A stretch of DNA of 64,000 bases. Origin: Gemmatimonas sp. (lineage in GTDB: Bacteria > Gemmatimonadota > Gemmatimonadetes > Gemmatimonadales > Gemmatimonadaceae). Below, in pieces: positions 38,114-47,175 of the stretch (position 1 is its first letter; each line of letters starts with the position of its first letter). The translations under genes and the position numbers were made by a program. The notes beneath the pieces were generated by a model. The model saw nothing but the letters and a program-made list of their open reading frames with translations. It made no database searches and was not told the DNA's origin. The stretch spans positions 1-64,000 of the forward strand of contig JANNVQ010000041.1 of NCBI GenBank assembly GCA_031414535.1, given 5' to 3'.

Positions 38114-39865
38114 GTGCTGACCGAACTTCGCATCCGGAATCTCGCAATCATTGACGCCGTGACGCTTCCCTTGGCACCGGGCTTCAACGTGCTGACAGGC
38201 GAAACCGGCGCGGGCAAGAGCATCGTCGTCGGTGCGCTCGGCCTGTTGATCGGCGAGCGTGCCTCGAGCGATCTCGTGCGCACGGGCTCCGAGAAGGCCA
38301 CCGTTGAAGGCGTCTTTGACCTGCACGACCGCGCCGATCTCCTCGCGCAGTTGGATGAGCGCGGCATTGAATGTGAAGACGGCGTGCTCGTGCTGAAGCG
38401 TGAAGTGGCCGCCGGTGCTGGACGGGCGCGGGCTTGGGTGAATGGCTCGCCCGTCACCGCGGGCGTGCTGGCGGAGATTGGACGTACGCTCGTCAACGTG
38501 CACGGGCAGCACGAGGCACAGGCGCTGCTCGAGGGCGAGGCGCAGCGCCACATTCTCGATGCCTTCGGTGATGCGGCGCGTGAAGTGGAGGCCGTGGCTG
38601 AGGCCTGGCGTGAGGCGGAACTCGCACGGCAAGCCGTGGCCACGCTCAACCAACGGCGCGACGAAGCGAGCAAGCGCGCGGATTGGCTGGCGCACGTGGC
38701 CAAGGAGATTGGCGAGGCGCAGTTAAAGGAAGGCGAGGAAGAGAAGCTCGACGACGAAGCGCGCCGCCTCACGCACGCGGAGGAGCTGCAGCAGTTGATT
38801 GCCGAACTCACCGACGCGCTGGAGTCGGATGGCGAGGCAATGCAGGCGCTGGGCCATCTGCAGAAGCCCTTGGCGGCGTTGCAGAAGATTGATCCGAGCA
38901 CCTCGCGCCTCCAGGAGCTGTACGACAACGCGTGGTACGCGCTCGAGGAACTATCGCGCGAGGCTCAGGCCTACGCCGATGGCGTGGAGCACGATCCGGC
39001 GCGCCTGAACGAGGTGGAGTCACGGCGTGATCTGCTGTTCCGGCTGATGAAGAAGTACGGCGGCTCCTTCGAGGCGGTCATGCGCACAGGGCGGGAAGCG
39101 CGCGCCGAGTTGGATCTGCTCGATACGGCTTCGTTGGACTTGCGTGGGCTGGATGCGCGCGTGAAGGAGACTGGCGCTGCCCTGACCAAGGCTGCGGTCG
39201 CTTTGAGCAAGAAGCGCGAAGCGGCGGCCAAGTCGCTGGCCAAGGCCGTCGAAGCGCGTCTGCCGGACCTCGGGATGCCTGACGGGCGCTTCCTCGTGCA
39301 CTTGAGCCCTCGCGAGGCGGCGGGGCTGCATGGCGCCGAGGATGTGGAGTTTCGGGTGGCGCTCAACTTGGGGCACGAGGCGCGCGCACTGGCCCGCGTG
39401 GCATCGGGCGGCGAACTCGCGCGCGTGATGCTCGCACTCAAGACTATCCTCGCGCGACTGGATAACGTGCCCACGCTCATCTTCGACGAAGTGGACGCGG
39501 GCATCGGCGGTCGCACCGGCCTCATGGTCGGCGATGCGATGCGCGATGTCGCTGCACATCATCAGGTCTTCGCCATCACGCACCTTCCGCAAATTGCTGC
39601 GCGCGCCCATCACCACATCGTGGTGCAGAAGGCGGCCAAGGGTGGCGTCACGACTTCAGACGTTGGTGTGGTTGAACTGGCCGCGCGTGTGGACGAGATC
39701 GCGCGTATGCTTGGTGGCGACGCCGAAAGCGTCACGAGCCGCGAGCACGCGAGAGAACTGCTCGCCGTGGCTGCCGCTACCGAACCCGTTCGCAGCGAGA
39801 ATGCTCGCGCCGAGGTCGCCCGCGCCGAGCGCGCCGCGACTCAACGCCCTAAGAAGCGCGTGTAG
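38114..39865 (+). CDS. recN: DNA repair protein RecN
   Basis: TGETGAGKS, HGQHE, ASGGELAR, FDEVDAG, ITHLPQIAA; start GTG 38114. Confidence 0.97.
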   Translation: MLTELRIRNLAIIDAVTLPLAPGFNVLTGETGAGKSIVVGALGLLIGERASSDLVRTGSEKATVEGVFDLHDRADLLAQLDERGIECEDGVLVLKREVAAGAGRARAWVNGSPVTAGVLAEIGRTLVNVHGQHEAQALLEGEAQRHILDAFGDAAREVEAVAEAWREAELARQAVATLNQRRDEASKRADWLAHVAKEIGEAQLKEGEEEKLDDEARRLTHAEELQQLIAELTDALESDGEAMQALGHLQKPLAALQKIDPSTSRLQELYDNAWYALEELSREAQAYADGVEHDPARLNEVESRRDLLFRLMKKYGGSFEAVMRTGREARAELDLLDTASLDLRGLDARVKETGAALTKAAVALSKKREAAAKSLAKAVEARLPDLGMPDGRFLVHLSPREAAGLHGAEDVEFRVALNLGHEARALARVASGGELARVMLALKTILARLDNVPTLIFDEVDAGIGGRTGLMVGDAMRDVAAHHQVFAITHLPQIAARAHHHIVVQKAAKGGVTTSDVGVVELAARVDEIARMLGGDAESVTSREHARELLAVAAATEPVRSENARAEVARAERAATQRPKKRV

Positions 39866-41511
39866 TAGCGAATCTGGATGCGGTCTTCCCAGCGCCGTGG
39901 GACCACACCGCGACTGGATGCAACCGATTGCTCGTGGGTGTAGCCAATCTCAATCGGGAGGCCCGCTTTGCCGCGCGACTCCGCCGCGAGCGTGGAATAC
40001 CCGACGGTCCAGGCCCAGCGGTGCTCGCTGCTGTTGCTCGGCGTGTTCATCGCGCCGTAGCCATCATTCACCGTCGCGCCCGCAGGCGGCACGATGCCTG
40101 GCGCGCCGAGTGCCACGACCTCATCCTCGCCGCGCGTGCGGAAGCGCCACTCAGCCCCGATGCCGAAGTAGTCGTTCACGTTCCAGCGGGGCGCCACGCG
40201 CAGCTCCAACATGTTGGCCGGCGTGATGCGCACGGGCACTTGGCGGTCGGCGCGAATGAGATCCACACCATTGAGGAGCGGCATGCGCAGCACGCGTTCG
40301 TGCGCGGCGCCGCGTGCCCAGCCGAGCCCGACCGTGGCCCACCACTTTTCACTGATGATGACGTCGGTGATGGACTGCAGAGCGATGGCGTCGTGCCCGC
40401 TGCCGGTGCCGAGATCAATGAAGTCGTCGGGGATATCGAAGTTGCCGCCACCGAGCCGGTAGGTGAGGCCCACACTCTGGCGAATGCCGAAGCTGTTGGC
40501 GGCGTGGCGGGCGGAATCGCCGGCAAAGGCGTCGAACAGCTTCACCGTCACGCCGACGTCAATGTCGCCGAGATCCTGTCGCGAGGACTTTCCGATGTCC
40601 TGGGCGCCGAAGCCTTCACCGAATGGGGCCGTGATCAAGTTTCGCAGGCCCTCAGCGATGAGCGGCACCTGCGCGCCGAGTGGCAGCCCTGTCGTGGCCG
40701 TCACGTTCGTCACACCCCAGCGCGTGAAGTTGGTGCGGAGAGACTCGCCCACGCCGCCAAGCAGAGTCTCAAGCGAGGAGCCAGCGAGTGGCACAAACTG
40801 TTGGCCAGGGGACAAGCCCTGCGCGCCGTAAATCGTCGTGAGTGCGGAGGCGAACTGCGACGCACGTGCAATCGTCGCGTTGACGAGCGCTGCCTCGGCG
40901 ATGATGCTTCCGCACTCCGGGTGCGCACCGGCACTCGCGGCGCAGGCGTTTCGGCGAGCGGTCAGCGAGTTCACGGCGTTGGTGTAGGCATCCACCACGG
41001 CGCGATTGCCTGTCGCAATGTTCGCAGCGCCTGGGAGGCCGATGAGGGCTGGGTTGATGCCAGCTGACGCAGAGCTGCCATCCAAACGCAGCTGGCCTTC
41101 AGCGCGAACTCGCACAAATGGGGCCTGCACGCGCAGCATGACCCGGTCACTGAGCCCGTAATCGAAGCCTAGTCGCGTGATGGCGAGGCGCTGACGTAGA
41201 TCCACGCGCGTGGATCCGAGGGAGGGACTGACATCCGCGATGCCGAGTGCCCCCATGAGGTCCCGAATCTCCGAAAGGTTGGCGAAGTCATCGGGGCCCA
41301 AGTTCACGGAGAGTCCGCCACCGAGCGGTTCCGCCCTGCCGTCGTTCCAGCGCCCATTCAGCAAGATGTTCTCGGAGAGAATCATCGTGCGAAGGGTGCC
41401 GCGTCTGAGCGTGGTGGCGTCGAGCGTAGGCCCAAGCACCCGCTGTGCCTCAGCGGCAGCGGGGATGGCCGCGAGGGCGGCGAGGGTAAACGCGAGGAAA
41501 GTTGGGCGCAT
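39841..41511 (-). CDS. Hypothetical exported protein, probable outer-membrane beta-barrel with a helical insert
   Basis: Signal peptide ending AEA-Q, amphipathic strands, GDIDVG and GTGSG motifs (MetA-like transporter style), ends in IRYYTRF; 3' end overlaps recN by 25 nt. Confidence 0.6.
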   Translation of the reverse strand: MRPTFLAFTLAALAAIPAAAEAQRVLGPTLDATTLRRGTLRTMILSENILLNGRWNDGRAEPLGGGLSVNLGPDDFANLSEIRDLMGALGIADVSPSLGSTRVDLRQRLAITRLGFDYGLSDRVMLRVQAPFVRVRAEGQLRLDGSSASAGINPALIGLPGAANIATGNRAVVDAYTNAVNSLTARRNACAASAGAHPECGSIIAEAALVNATIARASQFASALTTIYGAQGLSPGQQFVPLAGSSLETLLGGVGESLRTNFTRWGVTNVTATTGLPLGAQVPLIAEGLRNLITAPFGEGFGAQDIGKSSRQDLGDIDVGVTVKLFDAFAGDSARHAANSFGIRQSVGLTYRLGGGNFDIPDDFIDLGTGSGHDAIALQSITDVIISEKWWATVGLGWARGAAHERVLRMPLLNGVDLIRADRQVPVRITPANMLELRVAPRWNVNDYFGIGAEWRFRTRGEDEVVALGAPGIVPPAGATVNDGYGAMNTPSNSSEHRWAWTVGYSTLAAESRGKAGLPIEIGYTHEQSVASSRGVVPRRWEDRIQIRYYTRFLGR

Positions 41512-41556
41512 AGAGAGGTGGTCGGGTAATTTACCCCGCATACTCCAGAACTACAC

Positions 41557-43365
41557 ATGAGCCCAGTCGCAGAATCGCTCGACCCCGCAGTCGCACCGCT
41601 GCCGTCCGTGCCTTGGCAGGTCACAGGGAACCATTGGTTGTCGCTCCCGTGCATCCATCCGCACGATGGTGCCATCCATGCCGTAGGGCTGTTGCACCGT
41701 GGTGCGCGCGCTGCGGTAGAGTTTGCAGGCGCGGCGGGCTTTGTGGAGGCGGAAGGGCCGGCCTTGGCCCGTCCGGTCATCCGAGTTGATGGCGAGCCCG
41801 TTGAACTGGCGCGGGCGGGCATCGCCTGGGAACGGGCGCTGCACTGGCTGCCCACCTTCACCTCGACGGCAGGCGATCTGGTGGTGCGGGGGACAGTGTT
41901 CGCGCCGTTTGGTCGCGACGCGGATATGGCGGGCGCCGTGTACACCATTGCCTTTGAGAACCGTGGCAAGCGGCCGATGCAACTTGAGGTAGGCCTCGAG
42001 GGCACGCTTGGGCATCGGCAATTGCGTGTGCGCACGCCGCGGGCCGCCGAGGATGCGCACCGCGTACGCGAGGCGGCCGGTGGGGTGGTGATTCTCGATG
42101 GCGTGGCCGTGCCGGGCATTTGCGCGTTGGCGCTGGCTGCCGATGGCGATGCCACGGTGGCCCTGCGAGAGGGAGCCACTCCGAGCTACGCGATCACGCG
42201 CAGCATTACGCTCGGCGCGGGCGAACGCACGGAACAGGCCTTCTACATTGCGGCCGGCCCCGAGCGCGATGGTGCCGAGGCCACCGTGGGCGTGATGCGT
42301 CGCCGCGGATGGCGATCCCTCCTCACGGTGACGCGTGATTCACTGCGCCTGCTCGAGCAGAGCACAGGAATGGAATCGCTCGACGCGTTGATCAATCGCA
42401 ATCTCTGCTTCGCGTACTTCTACGGCGTGGCGCGCGCGCTGGACGATGCGCAGTTCTATTTGGTGCGTAGTCGCGCGCCATGGTGCGCTTGGGGCGTGAC
42501 GGTGCGCGATTGGGAAGCTCTGGCCTGGACCGTGCCGGCGGTGCAGTTGGCGGACCCGCCGCTGGCCCGCGAACTGATCCTGCGGGCCTGTGAGTTGCAC
42601 GGCTATGCGCCGGGTCGTGGCGTCCACTACCTCGACGGGACGCTGTTTGAGCCCGGCTTCACGCTCGAGGGCTGTGCGTCCTACGCCGTCGCAACCGAGC
42701 GCTACATCCGCGAAACCGGTGATGATCAGATCGTGGAAGAGCCGGTGCTTGCCGACACGCTCTACGCCACTAACGATGATCTCTCCGCGCGCCGCGACGA
42801 GACGCATCCCCTGTATCACACCGAGGTGACGCTCGATCGTAGTCCGGCGGCGCTGCCGTACACCCTACACGGCAATGCCGTGGCCGCCTACGCCCTCGAT
42901 GCACTGAGCCGCACCCTCGATGAAGAAGCCGCACGCGAGGTGCAGGATGCGGCGGCGGTTCGCGCTGCGCTACGTCGGCTCTTCAGCGTCGGCAGTGACT
43001 CCAAGAACACGCTAGCCTCAGCGTCTGATCTGCGCGGCAAGCACGACCTTGAGGACGATGCCGTAGGTTCCGCCCTCTGGCTCCCAATGTGGGAAGCGAT
43101 TGAACGCACGGATTCAGTGTTCCGGCGCACGGCCAAGCGCCTGCCGGAGAGCGATCGCCTCGTCGTAAAGATCGCGCGACTCTTCGGCCCTGACTCGGCT
43201 GAGGTCTTGGAGTGGCTTCGTGTTGCCCCCCTGCATCAGGGACTGGCCGCGGAGCTGGTGGATGAGGATGGCGCGGCTCGCTCACATGGTGGCGATGCGG
43301 CGCTAAGTGGTCTCTTGGCCTATACGGTGTGGTACACCGTGCACGCGTACGGCATTAGGCCCTAA
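41557..43365 (+). CDS. Six-hairpin glycosidase-like protein (possibly GH125-related)
   Basis: N-terminal beta-rich domain then a helical domain with N..FAYFYG, RD.E..W..PA, YLDGT..EPGF, E.VD. Confidence 0.5.
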   Translation: MSPVAESLDPAVAPLPSVPWQVTGNHWLSLPCIHPHDGAIHAVGLLHRGARAAVEFAGAAGFVEAEGPALARPVIRVDGEPVELARAGIAWERALHWLPTFTSTAGDLVVRGTVFAPFGRDADMAGAVYTIAFENRGKRPMQLEVGLEGTLGHRQLRVRTPRAAEDAHRVREAAGGVVILDGVAVPGICALALAADGDATVALREGATPSYAITRSITLGAGERTEQAFYIAAGPERDGAEATVGVMRRRGWRSLLTVTRDSLRLLEQSTGMESLDALINRNLCFAYFYGVARALDDAQFYLVRSRAPWCAWGVTVRDWEALAWTVPAVQLADPPLARELILRACELHGYAPGRGVHYLDGTLFEPGFTLEGCASYAVATERYIRETGDDQIVEEPVLADTLYATNDDLSARRDETHPLYHTEVTLDRSPAALPYTLHGNAVAAYALDALSRTLDEEAAREVQDAAAVRAALRRLFSVGSDSKNTLASASDLRGKHDLEDDAVGSALWLPMWEAIERTDSVFRRTAKRLPESDRLVVKIARLFGPDSAEVLEWLRVAPLHQGLAAELVDEDGAARSHGGDAALSGLLAYTVWYTVHAYGIRP

Positions 43366-44452
43366 GCACTTCTGCGAGCGCGGCGAGGCAGGCCTCGAGG
43401 CCTGCCACCGTGTGGTCACCCATGTGGCCGATGCGCACGGTGGAGTCTTGCAGCTGTCCGTATCCGCGCCCGATGGTAAAGCCGCGCTCCTGCATCGCGA
43501 GCACTACCTCGCGCGATGTACGCTCGGGTGGCAGCACGAGGCAACTGATGCTCGGACTCCGCTCTCCCGCTCGCGCCTGCAGGGTTATCGCAAGCCCGCG
43601 CGAGCGCTCGGCCGCTACCCACGCGTCGAGCATCTCGCGCATCGAAGTGTGACGGGCCCAGCGCGCTTCTATGCCTTCGTTGAGGATGCTACGCAGTTGC
43701 GCATCGGCCGCGTAGAAGAGTGGAATCGCTGGTGTGCTCGGTGGACCGCCGCGGATGAATGCTTCTTCGTACTCAACGGGGTCCAGATAGCGCCCGCGTG
43801 CGGGAACGACTGAGGCCTGAAGGATGTAGGCCTCGCTTGCGACCGCGAAGGCGAGGCCCGGCGGCATGGCTAGAGCCTTCTGCGAGCCCGTGAGCACAAA
43901 ATCCACGCCCCAGGCTTCCGTCTCCAGCTGTGCGGCGGCGACTCCAGTCACGGCATCCACTAGGCACATCACGCCGTATCGGTGTGCGAGCTCCGTGAGG
44001 ATGCGCACATCGCTCAGCGCACCCGTGCTGGTCTCAGAATGCACCAGCGTCATCGCTGCGTAAGGCTCCGAGGCGAGATGCTGTTCCACGAGATCAAACG
44101 GGTGCGTCTCCCCCCAGGGCACCGAGACCACGCGCGTGCGGCGTCCGCAGCGCTGGGCGATGCGGGCAAACCGCTCAGCAAATCCGCCATTCACGAGCGA
44201 GAGGATTGGGCCTTCGGGTGCACCACGAATCGCCATCTCCATCAGCGCCGTTGCCGAGGCGCTCACGCAGTACACCGGACGCGTCGTGCGGAACACTTGC
44301 TGCATGCCGGCGACGACACGCGCGTAGATGGCGGAGAACTCCGGGCCACGGTGCGCAATCATGGGCTGCGCCATCGCCTGAAGGATCTCTGGGCGGACTT
44401 CCGTGGGGCCCGGGAGGAAGAAGCGGCCGAAGTCGCTCACGTGCTCGCTCAC
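43355..44452 (-). CDS. Class V PLP-dependent aminotransferase (alanine-glyoxylate/serine-pyruvate type)
   Basis: FLPGPT, HRG.EF, HSETSTG, VDAVT, GSQKALAMPPG, RIGHMG; GTG overlaps the crcB stop. Confidence 0.93.
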   Translation of the reverse strand: MSEHVSDFGRFFLPGPTEVRPEILQAMAQPMIAHRGPEFSAIYARVVAGMQQVFRTTRPVYCVSASATALMEMAIRGAPEGPILSLVNGGFAERFARIAQRCGRRTRVVSVPWGETHPFDLVEQHLASEPYAAMTLVHSETSTGALSDVRILTELAHRYGVMCLVDAVTGVAAAQLETEAWGVDFVLTGSQKALAMPPGLAFAVASEAYILQASVVPARGRYLDPVEYEEAFIRGGPPSTPAIPLFYAADAQLRSILNEGIEARWARHTSMREMLDAWVAAERSRGLAITLQARAGERSPSISCLVLPPERTSREVVLAMQERGFTIGRGYGQLQDSTVRIGHMGDHTVAGLEACLAALAEVLRA

Positions 44453-44853
44453 GCACTGGCTCCGCGTGCGAGCATCATGCCGGCTGCCGCGGCGCCAACC
44501 GAAAGCGTTACGCTCGCGAGAGTGTAGAGCGCCGCGCGCGGCATGGCGCCAGCCTGCAGCATTGACACTGTGTCCAATGAAAAGCTTGAGAATGTCGTGA
44601 AACCGCCGAGCACGCCGATAGTAACCATGGCGCGCCACTGGGGTGAGGCGGATTCACCCAGAATAGCACCGCCGGCAAGAGCACCGAGAATCAACGAACC
44701 CGCCACGTTGATTCCGAGCGTTGCCCAAGGAAAGCCGTCGAGCGCCGCGTGCTGGCGAGCCCACTCGCCGATGAGAAACCGGCAAGACGCCCCGATCGCG
44801 CCGCCGGCGGCGACCCAGAGCACGGTGAGGGCGGGAAGCGCTGTCGCTTGCAT
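44449..44853 (-). CDS. crcB: Fluoride channel Fluc/CrcB
   Basis: GGAIGA.CRF, FPWATL.IN..GS, G.LGGFTTFSSF. Confidence 0.95.
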   Translation of the reverse strand: MQATALPALTVLWVAAGGAIGASCRFLIGEWARQHAALDGFPWATLGINVAGSLILGALAGGAILGESASPQWRAMVTIGVLGGFTTFSSFSLDTVSMLQAGAMPRAALYTLASVTLSVGAAAAGMMLARGASA

Positions 44854-44906
44854 ACCGCCAAATATGGCCGATGCGAGCCGAGGCGGGAGCAGGCAAATTC
44901 CATGGT

Positions 44907-45191
44907 ATGAGCACAACCGGTTACGGCGGCACCTTCACCGCCACGCTTTTCCGCTGGAGCGAGGGGAAGGGCAGTTGGTATTTTGTGCAGGTGCCCGAGC
45001 GCTTCTCTCCCCCTGTGACGCACGGATGGGGCCGCACTCCCGTGACCGCCACCGTGGACAATCAGACGTGGGAGACGTCGGTCTGGCGGGGCAAGGACGG
45101 TCGAACCCTCCTCGCGGTTCCCAAGAAGATCAGGGGGCGCAAGGAGGATGGGGAGCGCATGAACGTGACACTCCGCTTTCGCTCACTCTGA
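44907..45191 (+). CDS. DUF1905-like small protein
   Basis: F.A.L.RW.G.GSWYFV.VP, GWGR.PV.ATV...W.TSVW, L.VPKKIR. Confidence 0.75.
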   Translation: MSTTGYGGTFTATLFRWSEGKGSWYFVQVPERFSPPVTHGWGRTPVTATVDNQTWETSVWRGKDGRTLLAVPKKIRGRKEDGERMNVTLRFRSL

Positions 45192-45206
45192 AGCGACGTC
45201 CGGACG

Positions 45207-45644
45207 CTAGTCCACGTAAAGCTTGTAGTTGCCGCGTTCGCCGCCGTCAAAGGACGTGACCGCAATGTAGTAGCGCCCTGCCGGCAACTTCACCGTGATC
45301 CACGCGTCAGTGCTCTCTCCGCTATCGTCGTCCTCGACAATGAGCTCGTCAAATTCGTCGAAGACCATCAAATAGGCGTCGAAGTCCAAGGACTCGAGGT
45401 AGAGATCCACGTCGGTCGTGCGATAGAGCGTGAGCTCGTAGTAATCCACGTAGCTCTCGGTATCATCCTGGGTCACGCAGTCATAGCTGCTCAGCGACCC
45501 AGTGATCGTGCTGCCAATGCTGACGTAGCGCGCATTGCAGGCGTCATCCTCGACCACGGCAACAGGCCCCGTCACCTCCACGCAGGCAGCGAGTGGGATG
45601 GCGAGGGTGGCAATGAGGCTGCGGAATCGGCTAGCGGCGCGCAT
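45207..45644 (-). CDS. Lipoprotein with a PPC-like beta-sandwich domain
   Basis: GGGAGG SD; lipobox LAAC; DYY, S.DFDAYL, DDDSG..TDA, LPAG.Y. Confidence 0.75.
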   Translation of the reverse strand: MRAASRFRSLIATLAIPLAACVEVTGPVAVVEDDACNARYVSIGSTITGSLSSYDCVTQDDTESYVDYYELTLYRTTDVDLYLESLDFDAYLMVFDEFDELIVEDDDSGESTDAWITVKLPAGRYYIAVTSFDGGERGNYKLYVD

Positions 45645-45747
45645 CGGAGTAGTCCTCCCCAAGTGGGAAACGAGGTGCTTCTCCGGGCTGCTAACCCGCG
45701 CGATGCAAAAAGGTGCCGCGAGTTCCGTTCTTGTGCTGCGCACGCAA

Positions 45748-45832
45748 TGCCGGGGGCGGGAATCGAACCCGCACGGGGTTACCCCCAAGGGATTTTAAGT
45801 CCCTCGCGTCTCGCCAATTTCGCCACCCCGGC
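45748..45832 (-). tRNA. tRNA-Leu (TAA)
   Basis: GCCGGGG acceptor stem, anticodon loop CTTAAAA, long variable arm, GGTTCGATTCC; CCA not encoded. Confidence 0.95.
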
Positions 45833-45839
45833 AACGCAA

Positions 45840-45868
45840 ACGGGAGCGGCTTATTCGGCCGCTCCCGT
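45840..45868. other. Inter-tRNA hairpin
   Basis: ACGGGAGCGGC-ttattcg-GCCGCTCCCGT. Confidence 0.7.
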
Positions 45869-45889
45869 GGTCCTGCTCCATCCGTTCAG

Positions 45890-45962
45890 AGCGGGAAACG
45901 GGACTCGAACCCGCGACCCCAACCTTGGCAAGGTTGTGCTCTACCAACTGAGCTATTCCCGC
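45890..45962 (-). tRNA. tRNA-Gly (GCC)
   Basis: GCGGGAATAGCTCAGTTGGTAGAGC...TTGCCAA...GGTTCGAGTCCCGTTTCCCGCT; CCA not encoded. Confidence 0.97.
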
Positions 45963-46058
45963 GTGAGGAGAATGGTAGATAGGCTCGGCGTGTGAGGCAA
46001 GCGGTTCCTGTGAAACGCTCTGCAAGACACCGTCGCCCATGAGTAAGTTTCTCTCCTT

Positions 46059-47060
46059 ATGAGCGCCCCCACCGACGTCGTCTCGCTGGCCGCCGAATTA
46101 TTGGCCATTCCCTCTACCACACGCGACGAAGGCGCGGCGGTGGAGTTCGTGTCCCGTTGGCTGGTGGCGCGCGACTGGAACGTCACCGTGCAGGAAGTCA
46201 CGCCAGGTCGCGGCAATATCTGGGCCTCGCGGAGGGGCGGGGGCGTGACACTCTCCACGCACCTCGACACCGTGCCGCCCTACGTGCCGCCCCGCCGCGC
46301 CGACGGCAAGCTCTACGGGCGGGGGGCCTGCGACGCCAAGGGCATCGCCGCCGCCATGATGGTGGCCGCTGATCGGATGGTGCTGGCCGGCGAAGAACGC
46401 GTGGATCTGCTGTTCGTGGTGGGCGAGGAGCGCGGCTCCGACGGCGCCCGCATGGCCAACCAATTGCCGGCCACGTCCAAGTGGCTCATCAACGGCGAAC
46501 CCACGGAGAGCCTGCTCGCTTCGGGTTGCAAAGGCGCCCAGCGCGTCATCGTGCGCACCAGCGGCCGCGAAGCGCACTCCGCCTACGCGCAGCTCGGTTC
46601 ATCCGCCATCACGCCAATGTTGCAGATGCTGCAGGAGCTGCAGTCACTTGAGCTCCCGGTGGACCAAGTGCTCGGCCCCAGCACCGTGAACGTTGGCTTG
46701 ATCCGTGGCGGCACAGAGGCCAACATCGTCCCCGGCGCCTGCGAAGCCGAGATGATGTTCCGCTTGGTAGGTGACGTGAAGGAGATCAAGGCCGCGTTAA
46801 AGCCATGGGCCCATGGCCGCGCCGAGCTCGAGTACGGCTCCCACATCCCCGCCCAGCATTTTCACACAGTCCCCGGCTTCCAGACCGCCCCCATGGCCTA
46901 CACCAGCGACATCCCATTGCTCGGCAACTGGGGCAAGCCATTGCTCTTCGGCCCAGGCTCCATCCACGTCGCACACACGCCTGACGAGTACATCGAGGAG
47001 TCGGAGCTCCGCGCCAGCGTAGACTCGTACATTGCCTTAGTGAAGCATTTACTCTCGTAG
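46059..47060 (+). CDS. M20 family metallo-hydrolase (ArgE/DapE-like)
   Basis: THLDTVPP, GRGACDAKG, GEE, GEPT, AHS, FGPG....AHT.DE. Confidence 0.9.
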   Translation: MSAPTDVVSLAAELLAIPSTTRDEGAAVEFVSRWLVARDWNVTVQEVTPGRGNIWASRRGGGVTLSTHLDTVPPYVPPRRADGKLYGRGACDAKGIAAAMMVAADRMVLAGEERVDLLFVVGEERGSDGARMANQLPATSKWLINGEPTESLLASGCKGAQRVIVRTSGREAHSAYAQLGSSAITPMLQMLQELQSLELPVDQVLGPSTVNVGLIRGGTEANIVPGACEAEMMFRLVGDVKEIKAALKPWAHGRAELEYGSHIPAQHFHTVPGFQTAPMAYTSDIPLLGNWGKPLLFGPGSIHVAHTPDEYIEESELRASVDSYIALVKHLLS

Positions 47061-47173
47061 TCTCTTCCGCTCGTAGTCTCTTCCCCTCGTAGTCTCTTCC
47101 CCTTCGTCCCTTCGTCCCTTCAGTTTCCTCGCTCTTCAATACCTCGCTCTTCACTTTCGCTCTTCGCTCCTCG
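47054..47173 (-). repeat. Composite repeat: three 16-mers plus copy 2 (inverted) of the 75-bp dispersed repeat
   Basis: CTCGTAGTCTCTTCC(G/C) x3, then CCCTTCGT and CGCTCTT units; ends 2 nt before the asd start. Confidence 0.85.
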
Positions 47174-47175
47174 TC

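Noticed and set aside
44855..44906. Fluoride riboswitch upstream of crcB
   Set aside because: The spacer is about 50 bp, is shared with a divergent gene, and lacks the GGCGATGG...CGCC-type core.
44907..45747. Integrative element at the tRNA-Leu 3' end
   Set aside because: No integrase and no duplicated tRNA 3' end (att) was seen; only two small accessory genes.
46003..46017. parS-like GTTCCTGTGAAAC
   Set aside because: One base short of the 16-bp parS palindrome and mismatched at the centre.
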